Shown one piece after another: positions 42,588-53,483 of a stretch of DNA of 64,000 bases; positions within the stretch are counted from its first letter, which is position 1; each line of letters begins with the position of its first letter. The notes under the pieces are model-generated. The model saw only the letters and a program-made list of their open reading frames with translations. It was not told the DNA's origin and did no database searches. The DNA comes from Candidatus Obscuribacteraceae bacterium (GTDB taxonomy: Bacteria > Cyanobacteriota > Vampirovibrionia > Obscuribacterales > Obscuribacteraceae): positions 128,001 to 192,000 of the forward strand of contig JBGASG010000002.1 of assembly GCA_044229845.1 (NCBI GenBank). The letters are read 5' to 3'. Position numbers and translations under genes: made by a program.

Positions 42588-42910
42588 ATCGCGGTGGTGT
42601 TAATGCTACTGCCTGACTGCCCGTTGCTCGGGCTCAGTATTTCCTCATGCTTCAGTCAGTCCTTCACATGGGGCGAGCTCACATCAGCTGTCGTTTCCGG
42701 TCAGCGCGGACCTGGTGTTTCTGCTTGGCTCCTCGGCTCGACGCGATTGCAACTTCAGTTCAATCGCTCACCTGATGCATTCAAGAATACACGCCAGGTT
42801 CGAGCCCGAGAAGTACCCCAGAAGACCTTTAATGATCTACATTACGCGTATACAAAAATGGCACCATTACTTATTCTCCGGCACCACATTCGGTTATTGA
42901 GAGCCGGATC
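42564..42910 (-). ncRNA. Putative structured ncRNA, copy 4
   Basis: Homologous to copy 1. Confidence 0.75.
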
Positions 42911-43063
42911 AATGCGCTCAGCAAGCGGCTCGGGCGTTCAATATGCGCAATATATAAATCCCGATCAAGGTGTATCCAAAATTCCCCCGGATCGATATAG
43001 CACATCGCCAATTTCGTACTTCAGGGCATAAAATGAGAGAGAAGAAAGGATCAAAGTGGCATA

Positions 43064-44851
43064 GTGGAATCCCAAGAAACAGCCGGCGCACTGCCCAACG
43101 GCACTGTCGTCGACGGCAAATTCGAAATCACCGGATTCATCGGCGCCGGCGGCATGGGCACCGTCTATCGCGCCCGCCACATTGAGCTGGGCAGCGCCGT
43201 GGCCCTCAAAACACTGCACCCGCGTTTTTCGGTGGACCAGGACGCGTCCGCTCGTTTTCGTCTCGAAGCCAAGATCATCGCCGGGCTGCACCACAAAAAC
43301 ATTCTGGCCGTGCACGCGTCCGGCTACAGCAACAACTTGCTCTACATGGCAATGGAATTGATCGAAGGAACTTCGCTGAGGGCAATGGTTGCAGAAGGCG
43401 GCTCCCTGAGCACCAGCGCAGCGTTGCCTCTTTTGATCCAGATTTGCGACGCGATGATTTATGCACATGCCAACAAGGTTTTGCATCGCGACTTAAAACC
43501 GGACAATGTATTGATCGAAACCAGGGGCACCGAGCGAACTGCCAAGGTCGTCGATTTCGGACTGGCTAAATTGACCGACATCGAAATGCAACGCTTGACA
43601 CAGACTGGGATGGTCGTCGGCGATCCGCATTTCATGAGCCCCGAGCAGGCTCAAGGCAGACAGGCGGATGAGAGGTCGGACATCTACTCATTCGGTTGCT
43701 TGATGTATGACGTGTTGTCAGGCAAGCCTCCCTTCGAGTCAGACTCCGATGTGGCGGTGCTCTTCAAGCAGGTCTCCGACGAACCACAACTCTTCGCAGA
43801 CGCGAAGGCGCCCGCGTGCTTGCGGTCGTGTCAATCGATTTGCTTTCAGGCGATGGAAAAGAATCCGGAGAGTCGATATCAGTCTTTTCAGGAAGTTCGC
43901 AATGAGTTGCAGAAACTTGCAGACAATCCCGATGCGAAGATTTCCGCCTCGTCAAGAATGGCTAAGGAGGCCGCAGCGGGACGAGGTCCCGGAGCGCACA
44001 AATTCCGTCGTTTGCCTGCAACAGTTGCCGCCGTTGCGTTGTTTGCGCTGCTTTGCTTCGCGGCTGCGAAGTTCTTGCACCAAGAAGATGCAGACACACC
44101 GACCGACAAAACCCCGTCGACTGCATCCCAACCCGACGTCGCTAAATTGAAGGAAGCGTACAAGAACCTCAGCGAACGCGATGCACGAGAGAGAGTCAAA
44201 GAATTGATTTCGGTGCTCCAGCGCGCACATCTTTCGGAGTCCGCACGAAAAGCGACTTTTGCAGAGCTGGACATTGCGGAATCGCGTATCGGTTTCGACC
44301 CATTGCAGAGCGGACGTGCCGAATACGAACGAGCGGCATCAATGATGCGCTCCGTAATGGAGCAACCGCAGAGGAATCTGACCATGGATACGGTCGAAGG
44401 TCGCGAAGCCATCGAGCATTGCCGCAAGGCGCTCGCTCACTACAATAAGATCATCTCGCTCTACCAGCGCAGACCAACAGTGAACGACGCAGAGCTGAGC
44501 GATATCAACGCCGCCTCCGTTGAACTGTACCGCACTTACTCTCTCCTGATTCAGATCGCGAATACATACAGTGACTACAAAACAGTGAAGAAGGCCGCGA
44601 AAGAGTGCGTTCGACTCTGCGAATACGCGAAAGTGCCGCCAGGCACTCTGGAAGCTTGCCAGACAGCATTCGACACACTGATCATGATCGACGTTCAAGA
44701 CGTTGATACTGAGGGCGCGCAGAGTATGTCGCAGCGCAAGTTGGCTTTTCTAAAATTGCAGGGCTTCGATGCCGATTCGCTGAAGGAAGAGAAAAGAAAC
44801 CTGACAATCAAGATGCGGGAATGGTCAAAACAAAAACACCACCCGAACTGA
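43064..44851 (+). CDS. Membrane Ser/Thr protein kinase 4 (GTG start; ends KQKHHPN)
   Basis: Hanks motifs, GDPHFMSPEQ, TM. Confidence 0.95.
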   Translation: MESQETAGALPNGTVVDGKFEITGFIGAGGMGTVYRARHIELGSAVALKTLHPRFSVDQDASARFRLEAKIIAGLHHKNILAVHASGYSNNLLYMAMELIEGTSLRAMVAEGGSLSTSAALPLLIQICDAMIYAHANKVLHRDLKPDNVLIETRGTERTAKVVDFGLAKLTDIEMQRLTQTGMVVGDPHFMSPEQAQGRQADERSDIYSFGCLMYDVLSGKPPFESDSDVAVLFKQVSDEPQLFADAKAPACLRSCQSICFQAMEKNPESRYQSFQEVRNELQKLADNPDAKISASSRMAKEAAAGRGPGAHKFRRLPATVAAVALFALLCFAAAKFLHQEDADTPTDKTPSTASQPDVAKLKEAYKNLSERDARERVKELISVLQRAHLSESARKATFAELDIAESRIGFDPLQSGRAEYERAASMMRSVMEQPQRNLTMDTVEGREAIEHCRKALAHYNKIISLYQRRPTVNDAELSDINAASVELYRTYSLLIQIANTYSDYKTVKKAAKECVRLCEYAKVPPGTLEACQTAFDTLIMIDVQDVDTEGAQSMSQRKLAFLKLQGFDADSLKEEKRNLTIKMREWSKQKHHPN

Positions 44852-45174
44852 ATCGCGGTGGTGTTTTCGCTACTGCCTGACTGCCCGTTGCTCGGGCTCA
44901 GTATTTCCTCACGCTTCAGCCAGTCCTTCACGTGGGGCGAGCTCACATCAGCTGTCGTTCCCGGTCAGCGCTGACCTGACGTTTCTGCTTGGCTCCTCGG
45001 CTCGACGCGATTGCAATTTCAGTTCAATCGCTCACCTGATGCATTCAAGAATACACGGCAGTTTCATACCCGAGAAGTACCCCAGAAGACCTTTAATGAT
45101 CCGCACCACGCGTATACGGAAATGGCACCATCGCTTATTCCCTGACATCACATCCGGTTATCGAGCGCCCGATC
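44828..45174 (-). ncRNA. Putative structured ncRNA, copy 5
   Basis: Homologous to copy 1. Confidence 0.75.
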
Positions 45175-45329
45175 AATACGCTGCGCAAGAAGCTCCAGCG
45201 ATCCCTATATCATTCATATCGATTCGGCGACGGCGACATAACTGCAGCACCACGGATCGATATAGCTGTATCGCCAATTCCCGACTCGATGACCTAAAAT
45301 GAGAGAGAAGAAAGGATCGAGTCGCCAGC

Positions 45330-47111
45330 GTGGATCAGGAAAATCTATCTTCAGCAGACGGCGGCCAGGCTGCCAATCACGCGGCGCTGGCGGCGGGAAC
45401 CATCCTCGACGGCAAGTATCGCATCGAGAGTTTCGTCGGCGGCGGCGGCATGGGATCGGTCTATCGAGCCCATCACCTGGAACTGGACAAAGAAGTTGCG
45501 ATTAAGACCATGCATCCGCGGTTTTCAGCCGATGCGGAATCAGTGGCGCGCTTTCAGCGCGAAGCGCACATCATCTGCGAGTTGCACCACAAAAACATTC
45601 TTGCCGTCTACGCCTTCGGCATCGACAAGCAGCTCGATCTTCTTTATATGGCGATGGAGTTTGTCCAGGGACAATCGCTGGGACGACTGATTGCCGAACG
45701 CGGAGCGATCAGTCCCCAACAGGCTCTGCCTCTGCTGATGCAAATTTGTGATGCCATGGCATACGCGCATGCCAATAACGTCCTGCATCGCGATTTAAAA
45801 CCGGACAACGTGCTGATTGCAAATTCCGAAAGCGGTGAACCGGTTGTGAAGGTGGTCGATTTCGGACTGGCAAAAATAACTGATGCCGAAATGCAAAAAC
45901 TGACCAGCACCGGCATTGTGGTCGGCGATCCTTATTACATGAGCCCCGAACAGGCACAGGGACGCACAGTCGATGCGCGATCAGACATTTATTCTTTTGG
46001 CTGCCTGATGTACGAAGTGCTGACAGGTGAGCGTCCGTTTGTGGGCGAGTCGACTGTGGCGATCTTATATAAGCAAATCGGCGAGAGCCCACCACCTTTT
46101 CCTGAAGCAAAGACCAACCTGGCTCGATCGTGCCACTCGATTGTTTTCGAAGCGATGCAGAAATCGGTCGACAAGCGTTACCAATCTTTCGCAGACATCG
46201 GACAGCAACTGGCCAAGCTGCATGCCGACCCGGACGCAAAGGTGGAAGGCATTCAATCGGTTCCGACTTCTCGCGGCATCAGCAGCCCGTCGCGCATGTT
46301 ATCAACCAAAACTGTAATCCGCGTTCTCGCCGTCGTACTGCTGGTGGCAGTGCTGCCCGCAGTTTCTTTTCTGATCCTCAATCCGCGCAAGGTGTCGCCA
46401 ACCAAAGTTGAACCCGACGATGGATACAGCACCTTATCAACAGCCGATGTGCGCGCGCGAGTAAATCAATTGCTTTCGCTCACTAGAGATTCCGAATATC
46501 AGGTCGACCGCGCCGAATCTGCAATGCGCGAGTTGGAAATAGCACGAAAACACATAGGCGAAGACCCTTTTATGCAGGGACGGATCGATGCCCACCATGC
46601 CGTAGTCTTACGGCTGAGAATGCAAAAAACGAACTCGAATGCTGAGTACACCAAACAGATCGCATTTGGGCAAAAAGCCGTCGACGAATTCGATACCGCT
46701 GCTCGGCTGAGCGATGCCGGCGGACGTTATACCGCAGTCAATCAAACCGCCAGTCTGGAACACATCAGAAAAGAGCAGTTGTGGGCGCTGGAAGTAATCC
46801 GCGAAACCGCGCAAGAGATCGGCGACAGAAAAACAGCGCGCGCTGCTGCAAATCGCATTCTCGAGCTCTGGGAACACGTTCCGACAAAATCGCCCGACCC
46901 GATCGTTGAGAGTGCGTTCGACGAGTTACTTGAGTGCAGCCTGAACGAGGATCATCCCGAGGAAGTCGAGAAAATTGCAAAGCGCGCTATGGAGTATTAC
47001 CAGCACACCAAGTGCGACGTCTCGTTCATCCAAAAGCAAAAGAAGAAACTTGACCTGGCACGGTCGCTGGCAACACAGAAGCTGGCAAAACAAAAACACC
47101 ACCCGAACTGA
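45330..47111 (+). CDS. Membrane Ser/Thr protein kinase 5 (GTG start; ends KQKHHPN)
   Basis: Hanks motifs, GDPYYMSPEQ, TM. Confidence 0.95.
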   Translation: MDQENLSSADGGQAANHAALAAGTILDGKYRIESFVGGGGMGSVYRAHHLELDKEVAIKTMHPRFSADAESVARFQREAHIICELHHKNILAVYAFGIDKQLDLLYMAMEFVQGQSLGRLIAERGAISPQQALPLLMQICDAMAYAHANNVLHRDLKPDNVLIANSESGEPVVKVVDFGLAKITDAEMQKLTSTGIVVGDPYYMSPEQAQGRTVDARSDIYSFGCLMYEVLTGERPFVGESTVAILYKQIGESPPPFPEAKTNLARSCHSIVFEAMQKSVDKRYQSFADIGQQLAKLHADPDAKVEGIQSVPTSRGISSPSRMLSTKTVIRVLAVVLLVAVLPAVSFLILNPRKVSPTKVEPDDGYSTLSTADVRARVNQLLSLTRDSEYQVDRAESAMRELEIARKHIGEDPFMQGRIDAHHAVVLRLRMQKTNSNAEYTKQIAFGQKAVDEFDTAARLSDAGGRYTAVNQTASLEHIRKEQLWALEVIRETAQEIGDRKTARAAANRILELWEHVPTKSPDPIVESAFDELLECSLNEDHPEEVEKIAKRAMEYYQHTKCDVSFIQKQKKKLDLARSLATQKLAKQKHHPN

Positions 47112-47435
47112 ATCGCGGTGGTGTTAATGCTACTGCCTGACTGCCCGTTGCTCGGGCTCAGTATCTCCTCACGCTTCAGCCAGTCCTTCACGTGGGGCGA
47201 GCTCACATTAGCTGTCGTTTCCGGTCAGCGCTGACCTGACGTTTCTGCTTGGCTCCTCGGCTCGACGCGACTGCATTTCTCAATCAATCGCTCACCGGTA
47301 TGCAAATAAGATTACCGCGCGAATCGCCGCCCGTGAAGTACCCCAAAGGACCTTTAATGATCCGCATTCTGCGTATACAGAAGTGGCATCATCACTTATT
47401 CCTCGGCACCACATCCGGTTATTAAGCGCCGGATC
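47088..47435 (-). ncRNA. Putative structured ncRNA, copy 6
   Basis: Homologous to copy 1. Confidence 0.75.
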
Positions 47436-47585
47436 AATAAGTGCGGAAAGCGCTTCCGGCGTTTCATATGCGCAATGCATAAGAACAGATCCGCTTACTA
47501 TCCGATGCGCCACCGCTTGCATATAGCAAGGCCGACAAGTGTCGCCGTCAGTGGAATAATGAGACTGGCATAACTGAGATTCATT

Positions 47586-49304
47586 GTGGAAGACAGCTCA
47601 TCCGACAAGCAACCTATCCTGCTAGAGCCAGACGAGATACTGGAAGACAAATATCGCGTCGTCCGCTTTCTCGGCCGCGGTGGCATGGGCAGCGTCCATG
47701 AGGCAATCCACACACACCTCGGCAACCGCGTTGCCATCAAGCTCTTGCATCCCCGTTTGTCAGGCGATGAAAAGCAGCTCGCCAGGTTTCAGCGTGAGGC
47801 GCACATCATTTCGGGGCTGCGACACAAGAACATCTTGTCGGTCTATGGCTTTCATCGCTGGCGCAACATGCCTTTTATGGCGATGGAGTTTATCGAAGGG
47901 GAATCGATCCGCGATCTACTGATAGAGCGGCAGGGCAATCTCTCAGCAACGGAGGCGCTGCCCCTGTTTCTGCAAATCTGCCAGGCTATGCAATTTGCTC
48001 ATAACAACAGCGTGCTGCATCGCGACCTCAAACCAGACAATGTGCTGGTTGTGAAGGAGAGCGACGGCTCACTGACGGCAAAAGTCGTTGACTTCGGACT
48101 GGCCAAACTGCAAGGGACCAACGAGATGCAGAAACTGACCAGCACCGGGCAGGTGGTCGGAGACCCGCATTATATGAGCCCCGAGCAATGCCAGGGCACG
48201 CAGCTCGATGCGCGCTCGGACATCTATTCATTCGGTTGCCTCATGTATGAAGTCTTGACGGGCGCGCGACCGTTCCTCGGCGATTCACCGGTTGCCACCA
48301 TGTATGAGCATCTGCAGAAAAACGCCAAGCCGTTTGCGAAACAATGCGGATTGCCGCTGGCAATCGAAGGCATCGTATTCAAGGCGATTGCCAAGGACCC
48401 TCGCCATCGCTACCAGTCTTTTGAAGAGCTGGCGGCTGACTTAGAAGAATTCTCCCGCAATCCGCAGATGCCGAGCATGCGTGCCGTGTCCGCCCCCACA
48501 GGTGGTGGCATGACTCCCGCAGCAAGAAGTGCCGTTTTGATCATCTTGCTCGGAGCGCTCATCTGCCTGCTTTATGTGTTCAGCCGCCCGCAGGCAGCAA
48601 CCGATCCTTACGCCAACATCTCCGACTCAGAGTTGCGAGCCCGCGCTGTTCCGGCATTGGCGAAGGCGCGCGATGCTTCGCGCAACCACGAGTTCGAGCA
48701 AGCTGATTCGTTTCTCGCCACAGTAGACGAACTGCGCAAACACCTGAACAACGACCCTTATCTCGAAGGGCGCATTGATTATCAACATGGCGAACAGTAT
48801 CTCGAAAGATTCAGAGTCACCCAAAACAAAGAGTTTGCCGCCTTAGCCAAACAATACTTGCTGAAGGCTGATGCCGACTTCAAAAGGGCCCGTGCGTCCT
48901 TATCGGCGACAAGCGGAAAGACTCAGCTGCACGACATCGAATGGCAGATGATCTCCAATCTGGACATGCTGCTCGCGGTCGGGCTGGAATCCTCCGGCTC
49001 CACAGCGGGTGACGAAGCATCGCAGCGACTGCTGGAAGAACTAGAACAAGCACCGCCACCACTGGAGTACATGCAGGGACATTCGGTGCAGAAGGCATTC
49101 AACTGGCTATTCACGCGCCGCATCAGCGAAGGGAAACCTGACGCGGCGGCGGCTCTACTGATACGCAAAATCGATTTTTCCTTACGGCAAGACTCCGATA
49201 CCGACTTTATTGCGCGGGAGAAAAAACGCATGCTGTCTGAAATCGCCGCCGTCGATCCCGTCCTGGCAAAACGGGTGCAGCAGCGGCTGGAAAAGCGCAA
49301 GTAA
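47586..49304 (+). CDS. Membrane Ser/Thr protein kinase 6 (GTG start)
   Basis: Hanks motifs, GDPHYMSPEQ, TM. Confidence 0.95.
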   Translation: MEDSSSDKQPILLEPDEILEDKYRVVRFLGRGGMGSVHEAIHTHLGNRVAIKLLHPRLSGDEKQLARFQREAHIISGLRHKNILSVYGFHRWRNMPFMAMEFIEGESIRDLLIERQGNLSATEALPLFLQICQAMQFAHNNSVLHRDLKPDNVLVVKESDGSLTAKVVDFGLAKLQGTNEMQKLTSTGQVVGDPHYMSPEQCQGTQLDARSDIYSFGCLMYEVLTGARPFLGDSPVATMYEHLQKNAKPFAKQCGLPLAIEGIVFKAIAKDPRHRYQSFEELAADLEEFSRNPQMPSMRAVSAPTGGGMTPAARSAVLIILLGALICLLYVFSRPQAATDPYANISDSELRARAVPALAKARDASRNHEFEQADSFLATVDELRKHLNNDPYLEGRIDYQHGEQYLERFRVTQNKEFAALAKQYLLKADADFKRARASLSATSGKTQLHDIEWQMISNLDMLLAVGLESSGSTAGDEASQRLLEELEQAPPPLEYMQGHSVQKAFNWLFTRRISEGKPDAAAALLIRKIDFSLRQDSDTDFIAREKKRMLSEIAAVDPVLAKRVQQRLEKRK

Positions 49305-49359
49305 CCGCGGCGACAGGCGGTAGCATATACTAGTTAGGACACCGAGCGTACCTAAACCA

Positions 49360-51270
49360 TTGGATCCGGACGAGACACCGAACGACCCGCAAAATTCCAA
49401 CCATGCGCCGTCACCGTCGCTGCAGCCGGGCGCGATCATCGATGAGAAGTACGAACTGAAAAAGTTCATCGGCATGGGAGGCATGGGCGCGGTCTACAGC
49501 GCGGTACACCGGCAACTGGGAACGGACGTCGCCATTAAGGTGCTGCATCCTCGCTTCGGCGTCGATCAAGAATCGGTGGCCAGGTTTCAGCGGGAAGCAC
49601 GCATCATAGCCTCATTGAGACACGCCAACATTCTCAGTGTGTACAGTTTCAATTCATGGCAGGGCATCTTTTACATCGCCATGGAATTGATCGAAGGCGA
49701 TTCGCTGGTGGCATACATTTTTGACGGCGACAGGCTGCGCAAGCCTGAGGATAAACTGCCTTTGCTCATACAAGCCTGCCGAGCAATGAGCTTCGCACAC
49801 AAGAACGGCGTGCTGCATCGCGACCTCAAACCCGACAACGTGCTGGTCGTGAACAACCCCGACGGCAGTCAATCAGCGAAAGTTGTCGACTTCGGATTGG
49901 CAAAACTGCAGGGTGCTTCCGACGTACAACAACTGACGCGCACCGGCGAAGTGTTCGGCGATCCCAATTACATGAGCCCCGAGCAATGCCAGGGCAAGCC
50001 ACTCGATGAACGCTCCGATATCTATTCATTTGGATGCCTCATGTATGAATTATTTTCCGGGGTGAGACCGTTTGAAGCCGACACACCGCTCGGCACTCTC
50101 TACAAACACTTGCAAGACAACCCGCAGCGCTTCGCCAAACAAGTGGGGATTTCCAGTGCGCTGGAAGAAATCATTTTTCGCGCCATGGAAAAATCGCGCG
50201 AACAACGCTACGAGTCATTCGACGAAATCGCCGCCGACCTGACCCGCTTCATCGATAACCCGCAATTGAAGGCGAGCAGCTCGGTGCCTCCGGGTGGTTT
50301 TTCAGGACGGCGCCCAGCCGTACGCAACACCGCATCTGATACCAGCGGCTCAGCGTGGCGCAAAGTTTCGTCGCGGGTGATGCTGATTGTTCTTTGCCTC
50401 TTGCCCGCAGTGACTGCCGCGGTTGTCCTGATGACTCGGCGCGATGCAGAAAATGATGGTGGTCATGGTACTAGCGATGATGGTCGACACGGATTCGTCA
50501 ACCTGTCCCAGCTCGAATTGCGCACGCGAGCACTTGAGCTTTGTTCGCGCACAGCGTTGCTCGTAGCCCGAGAACGTTTTCCAGAAACAGAGACCAACCT
50601 GGCTGAACTGGATCAGCTGCGCCTGCATCTGGAGCACCAGCCCTACGTCGAAGCTCAGATAGATTTTCTGCACGGGTGGTATCAGTTGCAGATGTATCGC
50701 CGGTTGAAAGTACCGGCAGACGGAAAGAACGGAGTGAATTACCTGCGACGCTCGCTGCAAGAATACGACCAGGCATACGCCGATGCCTCCGCCAATGGTG
50801 GCGAGGCTAGTAAAACACGACTGGATGAAATAGCCACTCACAAATTCGAAGCCGCCGATCAATTGCGCTATCTGGGACTCGCTTCTGATGATGCACAAGC
50901 CACACGCCAGGGAGCATTGGAAGTAATCAGGCTGGTCAGACACCTGCCCGATAAACCGGACTACGACCAGTTGAAGGCACTGCAGCAGTCGTACGACGTA
51001 CTGATTCAAATGAATGCCGCCAAAGGAAATTACGAGCGCGCACTGAAGCTGATGTGGCGCAAACTTACTTTTCTCGAACGACAAGGATGCGATCCGGCTT
51101 TCGTTGCCAGTGAACGCAAACGCCTGGAAGTTATGATCAACGAATTGGGCGGTGCCAAAGCGGTGACTCAACTGTCGCCGAAACTGGAAGCAGAGATTCG
51201 CAAGCAATCAGCTTTGCGACACGGCTCCGCGCCCAGTGCCGACCCCGGCATCGACGATATCGAGAAGTGA
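49360..51270 (+). CDS. Membrane Ser/Thr protein kinase 7 (TTG start; no repeat upstream)
   Basis: Hanks motifs, GDPNYMSPEQ, TM. Confidence 0.95.
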   Translation: MDPDETPNDPQNSNHAPSPSLQPGAIIDEKYELKKFIGMGGMGAVYSAVHRQLGTDVAIKVLHPRFGVDQESVARFQREARIIASLRHANILSVYSFNSWQGIFYIAMELIEGDSLVAYIFDGDRLRKPEDKLPLLIQACRAMSFAHKNGVLHRDLKPDNVLVVNNPDGSQSAKVVDFGLAKLQGASDVQQLTRTGEVFGDPNYMSPEQCQGKPLDERSDIYSFGCLMYELFSGVRPFEADTPLGTLYKHLQDNPQRFAKQVGISSALEEIIFRAMEKSREQRYESFDEIAADLTRFIDNPQLKASSSVPPGGFSGRRPAVRNTASDTSGSAWRKVSSRVMLIVLCLLPAVTAAVVLMTRRDAENDGGHGTSDDGRHGFVNLSQLELRTRALELCSRTALLVARERFPETETNLAELDQLRLHLEHQPYVEAQIDFLHGWYQLQMYRRLKVPADGKNGVNYLRRSLQEYDQAYADASANGGEASKTRLDEIATHKFEAADQLRYLGLASDDAQATRQGALEVIRLVRHLPDKPDYDQLKALQQSYDVLIQMNAAKGNYERALKLMWRKLTFLERQGCDPAFVASERKRLEVMINELGGAKAVTQLSPKLEAEIRKQSALRHGSAPSADPGIDDIEK

Positions 51271-51280
51271 AAACGCGCAC

Positions 51281-51629
51281 AAACAAAAACACCACCCGAA
51301 CTGAATCGCGGTGGTGATCATGCTACTGCCTGACTGCCCGTTGCTCGGGCTCAGTATTTCCAAACGCTTCAGTCAGTCCGTCACGTAAGGCGAGCTCACA
51401 ACAGCTGTCGTTCCCGGTCAGCGCTGACCTGATGTTTCCGCTTGGCTCCTCGGCTCGAAGCAATTGCATTTCTCAATCAATTGCTCACCGGTTATGCATA
51501 TAAGAATAGCAAGCTTTCGCAGACCCGACCACTACCCCAAATGACCTTTAATGATCTAATTTTCGCGTATACGAAAGGCGCATCAACACCTATTCTTTGA
51601 CACCACATATGGTTTTTAAGCGCTCGGCC
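51281..51629 (-). ncRNA. Putative structured ncRNA, copy 7
   Basis: Homologous to copy 1; second subtype with compensatory changes. Confidence 0.75.
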
Positions 51630-51781
51630 AACAAGCTGCGCAAGCGATGGCGCGATCGAATATGCGATACATATCACCGAACGCGCATGCCATTTCAAGA
51701 AACTTTCAACCGCACCTCACTAGCATGTCGGCAAAAGCAAGCAGTCCTTGTATAACAGAGGAAGGCACAGGGTTTTCAAGA

Positions 51782-53130
51782 TTGGACCACGACGAAACGG
51801 CAATCGACAACGCGCGACTATCAACCGGAACCGTCGGACAACGTCATCGTTGTGAAGAGCGAAGAAAAGCTTTCGACAGCAACGGTGAAAGTGGTCGATT
51901 TTGGATTAGCCAAGTTGCAAGGCGACAACGACATGCAGCGGCTGACCAGAACCGGCGAAGTCTTCGGCGACCCAAGCTACATGAGCCCAGAAGCCGTTTC
52001 CTGCCGACAATCCAGTCGCCATCTTGATGAAACAGGTTTCGCAAGAACCACCTCCGCTGCCTCAACAGCTGGCGGTGCCGCCCGCGATCGAGGCGATTAT
52101 CTGGCGCGCCATGCAGAAAGACCCGGCTGAGCGGTACGACTCATTCGATGCAATCGCAGCAGAGCTGCGCAACTATGCCGACAATCCCGAGGCGGGAAGC
52201 CGCGCGCGACTGCCGGCGCGCAGCATCGGCGGACAGGCAGGGAAGAAGGGCAAGCAACGATTGCTTGTGACTGGAGCAATCGCGGTCGGTGTTTTTATTG
52301 CCGCGGCGGGGATGTACCTGGCATCAACCAACACACACAACACCGCGACTACAGCCTGCGAGCCATACGAACACCTGTCGCCGAACGAACTGCGACAGCG
52401 CGCCTACGCCCTCATGACGTCGGCATCCGATGCCGCCAAGCTCGGGCAGTATGAGGACGCCAACAAAACGCTGGCTGAGTTGCAGAGATTGCGACGTTAT
52501 CTGGTCACTGACGAAGATACGCAGGGGCACATCGACTACAACATCGCCTTCGTAGCGATGGCCGAAGGAGACAACAATTCCAAAGCACTGCAGCGCAAAG
52601 CCCTCGACTACTATTGCAGTTCAGCCGAACATCTCAAGAAAGCGCGCACCGCGATTTTGTCCAGCAGTCAGCCGCTGTCCAGCTTGCAACTTTTGAAAAT
52701 CGAGGAAGGATTGATCCTGTCCCTCGATGGCGAGCGGCGGGTGGCGGGATATCTGCAAGACAAAACCGCCGCCGATCGCGCCTGTCGCGAGACGCTTGAT
52801 TTTTGCGAAGGCAAATCCGCACCGATTGATAAAGGCAGGAGTCACTCTGCGCAAGCCAGTTTCGACTGGCTGTTCTCTCGAGCTATCCAGACGAAACGCC
52901 TGAAGCGCGCCTACAAACTGATGAAGCGGAAGATAGCGTTTCTTGAGATGCAGAAAGTCGATCCTGGTTTCTTGCAAGAAGCGCGAACCAGCATGGAACA
53001 TCAACTGGTTGAAGCAGCCGCGAATCAGCAAGGCAAGCGTTTCTCCAAATTTGAAGATGCCGAAGATGCGACGGATGCAGAAGATGCGACGGATGCAGAA
53101 GATGCGACGGATGCAGAAGATGCGCAGTGA
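51782..53130 (+). pseudogene. Kinase 8 with two internal deletions/frameshifts; TM and C-domain remain an intact ORF (52024-53130)
   Basis: LDHDETA..LSTGTV joins directly to DNVIVVK..DFG..GDPSYMSPE, which joins directly to KPFPADNPVAILMKQ, in three frames. Confidence 0.85.
53052..53124 (+). repeat. Coding 18-bp tandem repeat (EDATDA)
   Basis: GAAGATGCGACGGATGCA x3 plus partial copies. Confidence 0.9.
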
Positions 53131-53134
53131 ACAC

Positions 53135-53483
53135 AAACAAAAACACCACCCGAACTGAATCGCGGTGGTGTTTAAGCTACTGCCTGACTGCCCGTTGCTC
53201 GGGCTCAGTATTTCCAAACGCTTCAGTCAGTCCGTCACGTAAGGCGAGCTCACAACAGCTGGTGTTTCCGGTCAGCGCTGACCTGATGTTTCCGCTTGGC
53301 TCCTCGGCTCGAAGCAATTGCATTTCTCAATCAATTGCTCACCGGTTATGCATATAAGAATAGCAAGTAATTCCGAGGCGTGCCACTACCCCAATGGACC
53401 TTTAATGATCTAATTTCCGCGTATACGGAAGGCGCATCAACACTTATTGTTTGGCACCACATGTGGTTACTAAGCGCTTGAAC
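53135..53483 (-). ncRNA. Putative structured ncRNA, copy 8
   Basis: Homologous to copy 7. Confidence 0.75.

Noticed and set aside
35769..53357. Short ORFs overlapping the elements (e.g. 38091-38408, 42594-43031, MSSPHVKDW...)
   Set aside because: Starts, stops and lengths are inconsistent between copies; variation follows base-pairing rather than codons
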